Source: a virus. From it: a stretch of DNA of 64,000 nt. The notes under the pieces are model-generated. The model saw nothing but the letters and a program-made list of their open reading frames with translations. It searched no databases and was not told the origin of the DNA. The translations under genes were made by a program, and so were the position numbers. Location: the IMG/VR virus record IMGVR_UViG_3300045988_102364, one strand, 5' to 3'. Of this stretch, positions 50,093 through 57,212 are shown in pieces (positions within the stretch are counted from its first letter, which is position 1; every line of letters begins with the position of its first letter).

Positions 50093-50138
50093 CCTTGTAT
50101 CCGGTTTGAGAGAAATAGGATACAAGGTTTTTTATTTT
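50093..50138. terminator. bidirectional intrinsic terminator-like hairpin
   Basis: 10-bp perfect stem CCTTGTATCC/GGATACAAGG, T-run downstream on plus (TTTTTTATTTT), A-run upstream (T-run on minus). Confidence 0.45.
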
Positions 50139-50350
50139 ATGACGGTTTGGATAAGAGACGGGAAAATGACCCTGAACGTAACCGTCTGACCGTCAGGAGT
50201 GGGACAACAAATCTTGAATTAAAACTACGCCTATAAATAGTCTCCGTTTTCCTTAATATTAAGACCATTTTCAATGATCTTACTCATTATATTATTTGTA
50301 TTATTTTATATATTTTACCATTTATTCATATAATTGTTTACAGTGAATGA

Positions 50351-50525
50351 ACTTAACGACCGAAGGGAGTTAAGTGAGTGAACGGATTGACAAATTACTT
50401 TTTTCGTCTATTGTATTGTTTGCCTAATTGTGTTAAAAGATTGAGTATCGTGACCGAAGGGAACGATGCGAAAGAACTTATAATATTTAAAAACGACTGA
50501 ACCTATCGACTGAAGGGAGATAGGT
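50351..50525 (+). repeat. three hairpins with covarying 7-bp stems and conserved 11-nt loop GAC(C/T)GAAGGGA
   Basis: 50351-50375 ACTTAAC/GTTAAGT; 50445-50469 GTATCGT/ACGATGC (one G-U on plus); 50501-50525 ACCTATC/GATAGGT; loops gaccgaaggga, gaccgaaggga, gactgaaggga. Confidence 0.6.
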
Positions 50526-50785
50526 GATGGAGTGACGTTAATAGTTATATTAGGTAGCCAGTGAAGAATTAGGCAGGCTGGTAGGCGAGACGAGCGTCCA
50601 TGCCCGTCAGGATAGTAGAAGTACGTAGGTCTGTTCTGTCAAACCAAGGCGATGATAGTTCCATCCTTCACGAAATCGCACAAAAAATCCGGATTATATT
50701 GATATCGTTCTTCAACCTTCGGCATCCGCATAACGAGTCTCAAATCCGGATTCGCTTTATTAATATGAGAAATAAAATAATTGTT

Positions 50786-53188
50786 CTAATTATCAGTGAC
50801 GCCTTTAATGCGAAGTTGTATATTGGGAAGCACGGCATTAATCAAAGCCATTTTCTTATCCTCTTCGCTTTCTTTTTCATGCTGTTTATACATCATGCTG
50901 TAATCACTGTCATCACCATCCTTTTTCCCGTCTAACGTCAGTAAATGATTTACGATGTCCTTACCATACGTTTCAGTCCATGTACGGAATCTATCTTCCT
51001 CGGACTGTCCCTCCTGGGACGGGGCTTCCGGGTTAGGAAGGGCGGCTGCCACTTCTACCTCTGGAAGTGTTACCGATGCTGCTATTTCAGCATCATCTCC
51101 GAATCCCATTTGACCATACGAAGATACGGAATTTTCTTCAATTTCCAAACCAAGATTTTTAGCAACCTCCATAGCATAATTATAACGGTCATCGTTTCTT
51201 ATAACACTCTTATGAGGACGTCCTGCTCCTTGGTTCCAAGCTACTACAGCATCTTTAAGGTTATCGGCGTTCATAAAGTCCTGCCGGCTGTAATTGTAAT
51301 AACCTGGTCCTTCTTTTCCTTTTCTTGTGTATAAGAAATTAGAATATCCGGTTTTCCCTTCGTATTCATCAGCTAAGAACTCAAGTTGGTCTTTGAATGT
51401 TGGTGTAGAATGACCTTTCTTTTTGGCGTGCTTGAATAGCTTATCCATACGCTCATTATGCCATTGCTGTATGCCGTATGATGTTCTGTTGTCTCCGTAT
51501 ATGTCATCTTTAAGACCGGATTCAGCCATGAGGTTACCTATGATGGCGAGCGCCTGTATCTTGGACATGCCGCGCTTATTAGTAAAGTATTCATAAGCTT
51601 CACGCTGCTTGCCAACTACGCCACCTTCCTTCTTGATGTTGGTATTGTATTTCTTTCCATTCCATGTAAATTCCTTAAGACCTCTTTTCCTGGCTTCTTT
51701 AAAGGCTTCACCTCTTGTAGTGGAAATAGAGTCTTGTAGCTCAAGATCATTTTTTATTCCAAGAATAGCATCAACAATAGTATTATCATTTTTATCAACA
51801 TTATCCAAAACATAAGATTGACTTATCAAATTTGATACGCTCTTTCTATTTTCATAAGTTCCTTCTTTATCTGATGGAGCTTCAAAAGCATACACAAGTG
51901 GATACGAATAATCCGTATCTGGATCTTCTGACATAAATTCGTTTACTGCATGAATAGCTTTTTTGTATTTAGTATCTTTTATACTATACTTCCCAGCATC
52001 TTGAACATGATCATAAAATCTGTCTATCATATAGTTGATATATCCACGCTTATCGCTCTTAAATCTCTCTTTATCTCTTTCAAACTCTTTTGGCGGATAT
52101 CTTTTGTAATATTCTTGAAAAAGTCCCCTAAATTTTCCATCCTCAGATACAGCGTAGGGGTTTCCACCAGATTCTTCAATAATATTTCCAAGTACGGCTT
52201 CTATCTGGCGTTGATTAAAACCTTTATCATATAAAGCATCATAGATCATATTCATCCCTTCTACGTCCATAGTACGATGCTTACCCTTACCCACACGCTT
52301 CATATTTTCATATTTGGATTTGAATAAATCCCAATCTATTTCCGGCTTAGAAGAATCCCCTCCTTGTTTTTTGGATCTTATCTCCATCCTTTTATCCAAA
52401 TCATTCTTTGAATCAATAATGGATCTAAACAGGATCTTGTTTGGATCATTCTCTTCGTATGGGATTTTATCTTCTACATAATCCCTTATTTCAAAAGGAT
52501 ATCCTATTGTATCAAGAGTCTTAGTAACAACCCCAACACCAAAAGGTTGATCGCTTCTATAAAAATCGTACTTATCTTTCACAACCATCCTACCTCTATC
52601 ATCACGGTACATGGTAAAACTTGATAAGCCTGATAAATCATTTAAATCTCCGTAAGCATCCGGTATAAAATTATATTCGTTAAATACCTGATGTTCTCCG
52701 GTTCTGGCTTTTTTTAAGAGATCTATCCCCTCTTCCACCATTCCAAGTTTCCTACTTGTTACATCCCTTAACTCCTCCAAATCAGATACGTCCTTGCCTG
52801 CAACTTTTCCATCAATTATCTTATTATCTAAAGAATCAAGCTCCCTTCCATATTTTTTAGCCATTTTCTCCCACCCACCATTTATCCTGTCAGATATAAT
52901 GGATTTGATATTGTCTGGTATTCTGACAATCCCATTTTCTTCTTTCAGATTATTTGGTTGGTTTAAGAATCTAAACCAAAGATTCTGACTAAAATCATCT
53001 ACATTGGCTTTCGGAACATCTTGACCAAAAAATTCCATTATTTTGGTTTTTAATCCTCTTTCATTAGCATACACATCAGGTGTTATATTAGATGCCAGAT
53101 ATTCTCTAAGTTTTACAAACGGACCAATTTTATTCCATAATGTTTTTGGTTGTTTGTCCTTTACATAATTTTTAATTTTCTTTGCCAT
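50786..53188 (-). CDS. tail-associated peptidoglycan hydrolase with two tail-lysozyme-like domains
   Basis: IEAVLGNIIEESGGNPYAVSEDG and QALAIIGNLMAESGLKDDIYG..YGIQQW..QLEFLADEY match the phage tail lysozyme signature (GN..ESG..P ... G..QW). Confidence 0.6.
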   Translation of the reverse strand: MAKKIKNYVKDKQPKTLWNKIGPFVKLREYLASNITPDVYANERGLKTKIMEFFGQDVPKANVDDFSQNLWFRFLNQPNNLKEENGIVRIPDNIKSIISDRINGGWEKMAKKYGRELDSLDNKIIDGKVAGKDVSDLEELRDVTSRKLGMVEEGIDLLKKARTGEHQVFNEYNFIPDAYGDLNDLSGLSSFTMYRDDRGRMVVKDKYDFYRSDQPFGVGVVTKTLDTIGYPFEIRDYVEDKIPYEENDPNKILFRSIIDSKNDLDKRMEIRSKKQGGDSSKPEIDWDLFKSKYENMKRVGKGKHRTMDVEGMNMIYDALYDKGFNQRQIEAVLGNIIEESGGNPYAVSEDGKFRGLFQEYYKRYPPKEFERDKERFKSDKRGYINYMIDRFYDHVQDAGKYSIKDTKYKKAIHAVNEFMSEDPDTDYSYPLVYAFEAPSDKEGTYENRKSVSNLISQSYVLDNVDKNDNTIVDAILGIKNDLELQDSISTTRGEAFKEARKRGLKEFTWNGKKYNTNIKKEGGVVGKQREAYEYFTNKRGMSKIQALAIIGNLMAESGLKDDIYGDNRTSYGIQQWHNERMDKLFKHAKKKGHSTPTFKDQLEFLADEYEGKTGYSNFLYTRKGKEGPGYYNYSRQDFMNADNLKDAVVAWNQGAGRPHKSVIRNDDRYNYAMEVAKNLGLEIEENSVSSYGQMGFGDDAEIAASVTLPEVEVAAALPNPEAPSQEGQSEEDRFRTWTETYGKDIVNHLLTLDGKKDGDDSDYSMMYKQHEKESEEDKKMALINAVLPNIQLRIKGVTDN

Positions 53189-53591
53189 CTTTTTCTTCCT
53201 CTAAGAATCCAAACATTTCATCTGCGCAATTACCAACAAATCCGGCTATGTAAGCTGCGTGTTCATCTTCTCCCACCTTAAAGCCAAGAGACATATTACA
53301 ATGTTGACATACCGACATAGCTGCATGAAATGATTCATGACATATGTTTTGTGTAGTCATATCATTCTCACTTTGAAAATTCCATAATAACTTAAAAGCT
53401 CTATCATCTCTCTTATCACGAACAAGATTCATAAAAGAGACTTCTGAATCTAAATCGCCTTCATCTCCCCATTCTCCTTCATGATCCAATTCTGCATTCT
53501 CAAAACGATCACACAATGTTTTGTAATCTAACCCTATGGTGATAATCAACTTTAGTGGATATATCACAAAATCAAATTCTTTTTCTTTCAT
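53172..53591 (-). CDS. small protein with HExxH motif (possible Zn-metallopeptidase-like)
   Basis: HESFHAAM in a 139-aa protein. Confidence 0.3.
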   Translation of the reverse strand: MKEKEFDFVIYPLKLIITIGLDYKTLCDRFENAELDHEGEWGDEGDLDSEVSFMNLVRDKRDDRAFKLLWNFQSENDMTTQNICHESFHAAMSVCQHCNMSLGFKVGEDEHAAYIAGFVGNCADEMFGFLEEEKDGKEN

Positions 53592-53609
53592 TCTTTTTTT
53601 TCAACAAAT

Positions 53610-53652
53610 GTAAACAAAATAGCCGAAGAATGCCACCATTCATTCTCCGGCT
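53610..53652 (-). terminator. intrinsic terminator downstream of the Ro60 gene
   Basis: 12-bp stem (AGCCGGAGAAUG/CAUUCUUCGGCU on the minus strand, one G-U) followed by AUUUUGUUUACAUUUG. Confidence 0.5.
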
Positions 53653-53697
53653 TGTTATGATAAATCTCTTCTTATGAAAACAGTACGAATGTAAGAT

Positions 53698-55332
53698 TTA
53701 AATCTTAATCTTCTTAATTTCATCAATCATATTCTTATATCCGCAGAACTTGCTGTTAATAACATCGAAGATAGATTCTGACCAGCCAGCTATGTTCAAA
53801 ATATTAGATCCTTTGTAAAACATCTCACTTCCATATCCTTGAATAGAAATAGAAACGATTTTGCAATTTGGATTCACTTTCTTGAACTTTTTCAAAAGTT
53901 CAGCGAATTTACCATATTCATAATTGGAACTTTTTTCCCATACAATAGATTCGCCATCTCCTATCTGCATATCTGAAATAACGTACAAGTTATCTACTTT
54001 TATCTTATCTTTGACGCACTTTTCCAAGAATGCAAAAAGACCGTTTTCAGTAGCATCACCGCATTCTTCTCCGGCAGTAAAAGATTTTTTGTTATTCCAT
54101 AAAACACCTTTACTTCTATCATATTCGTAATTGATAAGTTTGTCACCAAACATACCAATAAATACGTCAGGAAGCACAGAAGCAATCATACAGCCAAATA
54201 AGTTACCAATGACAGCCGTATTTGTTTTGCTAAAGGCAGACACTTCAGAAGACCCTCCCATATCTCCACGTACAGAGCCAGAGTGGTCAATCAGGATAGC
54301 CGACCGCCCCTCCAATACCGGCAGGTTCTTGCAGGAGATGGTTATGGCTTTCTCCAACGCATCTAAAATCTTATATTTGTCACGCGCTGTTAATTTGGCT
54401 CGTTTCTTATCCGACTCAAATACAATATCATTTTCGGAACCATCAGTGCCTATATTTTCAACCTCTTTGAAAGCTGAAGCAAAACGGAAAGGAAGCATCT
54501 TCGAATTAAGCACCTTCTCTTCTATTGTAAGCTGCCTACAAACTTCATCTATTTGATCAGGTGCGTATTTGATTATGTTTACAAGGTTACGAACCATATT
54601 AAAAATAGGCATACCTTTTACATTAGAAACCACGTCCCGAATAGCGCCACCTAAAGCTTCTTTCTTTTCCTTATTGTCTTTCTTATCCTGTCCGGCTTTA
54701 GACATTTCTTTTTCAAGAATCTTGCTTTCGTATAACCCGGACAAAGACCTACCTTCTATAAGGTACTGGAAAGCCGTTTTATTAGCCTGATTGCCTTTAG
54801 GGTGAAATAAGTTTACGAGGTCAACCATAGTAATGACCCTACTGTCCATCTTATACTTATCAATCCGATACGGATCAAGACCCTCCAAAGCCGTCTTAAA
54901 TCCTTTCTTAATAGCGCTGGATATACTTCTTAACTTCTTTGGATTTTTGTCGTTAAGAGCCGCATAGCAGCCAAGGATTTCGCTCATATCATCAGGACGC
55001 ATAACGATCTTGTTATAAAACCTTGAAGCCCATTCCTTACCCGATACTTTGCGGGCAAGGACAGAAGCCATAAGATGCGTTACTGACCTAAGCTTTCCTT
55101 CTTTCCTGACATACAATGCTGTTTGTGCTGCGAAATATGGATCTACTTGATCCATAAGGTCCTTAATCCTGTTCACCTTGTCTTTTTCTTTCTCATAATA
55201 AGAATCAGACAACATGGTAGTCATTACCGTAGATACCAACTCTTCTTCTGCGTTAGGCTTATACGCGTTCTCGCCCATGTGATTCACGATCGTAGGTTTA
55301 ACACCTTCATCCTTTTTGTTAAACTTTCCCAT
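53698..55332 (-). CDS. rsr: Ro60/Rsr ortholog (TROVE domain + vWA domain)
   Basis: N-terminal ENAYKPNAEEELVSTVMTTMLSDSYYEKE...YFAAQTALYVRKEGKLRSVTHLMASVLA matches TROVE; C-terminal vWA with MIDAS AILIDHSGSV; 544 aa as in Ro60. Confidence 0.8.
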   Translation of the reverse strand: MGKFNKKDEGVKPTIVNHMGENAYKPNAEEELVSTVMTTMLSDSYYEKEKDKVNRIKDLMDQVDPYFAAQTALYVRKEGKLRSVTHLMASVLARKVSGKEWASRFYNKIVMRPDDMSEILGCYAALNDKNPKKLRSISSAIKKGFKTALEGLDPYRIDKYKMDSRVITMVDLVNLFHPKGNQANKTAFQYLIEGRSLSGLYESKILEKEMSKAGQDKKDNKEKKEALGGAIRDVVSNVKGMPIFNMVRNLVNIIKYAPDQIDEVCRQLTIEEKVLNSKMLPFRFASAFKEVENIGTDGSENDIVFESDKKRAKLTARDKYKILDALEKAITISCKNLPVLEGRSAILIDHSGSVRGDMGGSSEVSAFSKTNTAVIGNLFGCMIASVLPDVFIGMFGDKLINYEYDRSKGVLWNNKKSFTAGEECGDATENGLFAFLEKCVKDKIKVDNLYVISDMQIGDGESIVWEKSSNYEYGKFAELLKKFKKVNPNCKIVSISIQGYGSEMFYKGSNILNIAGWSESIFDVINSKFCGYKNMIDEIKKIKI

Positions 55333-55361
55333 TTGTTGTTGTTTTCTTTAAAGTGTTATAC

Positions 55362-55391
55362 AAAAAAAGCAGTGATATTACTACCACTGCT
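55362..55391 (-). terminator. intrinsic terminator ending the tRNA-like ncRNA cluster (upstream of rsr)
   Basis: 7-bp stem AGCAGTG/CACTGCT with 10-nt loop, followed on the minus strand by UUUUUUU. Confidence 0.6.
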
Positions 55392-55448
55392 TGAAAAAAT
55401 CTATCAAGATGTTTACTCAATGAGGGAAAAGATGAAGTTAGTGTAAAC

Positions 55449-55522
55449 AATGAAATAATGGATTTGAACCATCGACCTATACTTTAAAAGAGTATCGCTC
55501 TATCCATCTGAGCTAAATTCGA
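55449..55522 (-). ncRNA. tRNA-Lys(UUU)-like element with non-pairing acceptor stem
   Basis: Minus strand: D-arm GCUC-AGAUGGAUA-GAGC, anticodon arm AUACU-CUUUUAA-AGUAU (anticodon UUU), T-arm GAUGG-UUCAAAU-CCAUU; positions 1-7 UCGAAUU versus 66-72 AUUUCAU give only 4/7 pairs; flanked by an 11-bp long-range stem (55431-55441 with 55528-55538). Confidence 0.5.
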
Positions 55523-55670
55523 AGTAACTAACCTCATCACCACTCATTAGTTTTTATGTATTTCAAACAGAGGAAAAACGGAGCCGGAGGTTTAAAATTA
55601 TAATATGGACTAATTTCGAAGTAACCGAACTCCTCACCATCTATATATTTTATTAAAACAGGGAGAACCT

Positions 55671-55795
55671 GGAAGGTGTTTTGATATGAAAGGAGGTTTT
55701 GATCTACCAACTGATCTAATTTTTCTTACATGAAAAATATAGGACTCGAACCTATGACACAAACCGAAGTATCACCTTCCATCACCACTGTCTTG
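55671..55795 (-). ncRNA. YrlA-like Y RNA candidate: circularly permuted tRNA-like module inside a long interrupted stem
   Basis: Minus strand order: T-arm AUAGG-UUCGAGU-CCUAU (55739-55755), closed acceptor-like hairpin AUUUUUC-AUGUAA-GAAAAAU (55719-55738), D-arm UAGAUC-AGUUGGUA-GAUC (55701-55718). Enclosed by stems GGUUU/AAACC and GGAAGGUG/CACCUUCC (55671-55678 with 55773-55780). Confidence 0.55.
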
Positions 55796-55821
55796 CATTA
55801 TAATCTCTCTTGATTACGATG

Positions 55822-55852
55822 CAAATATAGACACTAAAATATGATTTACAAA
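55822..55852 (-). promoter_or_regulatory. Bacteroidetes-type promoter (-33 TTTG, 19-nt spacer, -7 TATATTTG) driving the ncRNA cluster
   Basis: Minus strand reads TTTG-N19-TATATTTG, an exact match to TTTG / TAnnTTTG with consensus spacing; predicted TSS near 55815-55818. Confidence 0.5.
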
Positions 55853-55887
55853 TTAAAATGATTTAAAATATATTAATTTGGATAAAT

Positions 55888-56222
55888 TACTTTAGGGTCA
55901 TAATTGGATTACCCCATCTCTTTTTCCATTCTTTACCTAAATACATTCTTAATTCCTCGAATGAGACATATGCATCCTGTTCATCAATATAATAATGATG
56001 GATATCTTTGTCATAGATTTCCTGCCGTTTGGCATCATGGGCACACTATAGCAGTTCTTCCGGTGTCGGCTGTGGTTCCGGTGTCAGTGCCATATACCAA
56101 CACTCGAGCGGTGATGCCTCCGGATAGGCGTTATGATACTGTTCCTGCTCTTCACTAAGCAGGAGATAAGCGCCATCTTCGTAATTTTCGATATTGTCGC
56201 CAACAAGATAGAAATCAGGCAA
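55888..56222 (-). pseudogene. decayed small acidic ORF with in-frame TAG and no ATG start
   Basis: Minus frame reads LPDFYLVGDNIENYEDGAYLLLSEEQEQYHNAYPEASPLECWYMALTPEPQPTPEELL-TAG-CAHDAKRQEIYDKDIHHYYIDEQDAYVSFEELRMYLGKEWKKRWGNPIMTLK; 110 codons open apart from one amber at 56047-56049. Confidence 0.3.
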
Positions 56223-56277
56223 TTATTGTTACAATTCCAAAAACTGAATGTTTTTTTTGAATATACAGCATATTGTC

Positions 56278-57030
56278 TTATTTATATTTCATGTAACGAA
56301 GTATTATGATACCGGAACCGCCTGCGCCAGAATAGCATCCTCCTGAGACATTGGAACCACTTATATAAAAAGAACCTCCTCCTGAGCCCGTATTGGGTTT
56401 CCCATTAGTAGGGTTGCCTAACGATCCTCCCCCTATACCTATTCCTCCTCCTCCTTGTGACGATCCGGAGCTATATTCTCCGCCCCCTCCACCACCTCCG
56501 GCGTACAATTTATTATTGAACGGACATCTGGTAGTACTCCCTTGACCGATCCCAGGCATATCACCTGCTCCATTAGAACCATCACTTCCACCAATATATC
56601 CTGCTGTCTTTTCTTCAGGTCTTCCACTACCACCACCTGATCCCCCATCGCCCCCTCTTCCGGAATATCGACCTCCATTTCCGCCAAGAGCTTTTATTGA
56701 ATTAGATTTAAACCAGGACTCTGACCCTGGAAGACCATTCTTCTGATCATCGTAAGCAGACATCGAAACTACACGATCTCCCCCTTTCCCTATTGAATAG
56801 CTAACAACACTTTCTGGAGTAACAGGCACATCAAGATATGTTTTAACATACCCCGATCCGCCCCCTCCACCACCTCTTTCAGGGCCTGACGATGCACCAG
56901 AGCCACCGCCACCAACAATGAATACATCAACAAATTTACAACCAGCTGGCACCATCCATGTACCGGATGATTTTAACTCTTCCACAACTTCTACCAATTC
57001 TCTCTTTCCCATCATCACCCTTCTCCTCAT
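56278..57030 (-). CDS. glycine-rich structural protein (possible fibre/appendage component)
   Basis: 250 aa with long GGGGSG / GGGGGG runs after a short N-terminal domain. Confidence 0.45.
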   Translation of the reverse strand: MRRRVMMGKRELVEVVEELKSSGTWMVPAGCKFVDVFIVGGGGSGASSGPERGGGGGGSGYVKTYLDVPVTPESVVSYSIGKGGDRVVSMSAYDDQKNGLPGSESWFKSNSIKALGGNGGRYSGRGGDGGSGGGSGRPEEKTAGYIGGSDGSNGAGDMPGIGQGSTTRCPFNNKLYAGGGGGGGEYSSGSSQGGGGIGIGGGSLGNPTNGKPNTGSGGGSFYISGSNVSGGCYSGAGGSGIIILRYMKYK

Positions 57031-57080
57031 CTCTCACCTCCTTTCATTATACTCTCATGACAATTATCCCATGTTCTTTT

Positions 57081-57190
57081 TTTTTCAGTGATAGACCTGT
57101 GGCTTTTCCGGCTGGCGGTTCGACGCTTGTTTTCTCCGATTGCCAGCCGGATAAAATCACTTATGAAAAAGTTGGAGTTTACCCCCCCCC
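57081..57190. repeat. homopolymer tracts T9 (57081-57089) and C9 (57182-57190) in the 5' region of the Gly-rich gene
   Basis: Seen directly; on the coding (minus) strand they read G9 then A9, with the ATG at 57030 about 50 nt further. Confidence 0.8.
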
Positions 57191-57212
57191 TATGCTAACT
57201 TTCCTTCTCATA

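Noticed and set aside
55600-55670. Middle unit of the ncRNA cluster as a third tRNA
   Set aside because: Only a generic hairpin (GGAGUUCGG...CCGGCUCC) with the shared GAUGGUGAGG box; no T-arm or D-arm features, so not called as tRNA-like
55904-56158. 84-aa plus-strand ORF near the tRNA-like cluster
   Set aside because: His/Pro-rich nonsense-like sequence; the opposite strand carries a far more protein-like (though interrupted) frame
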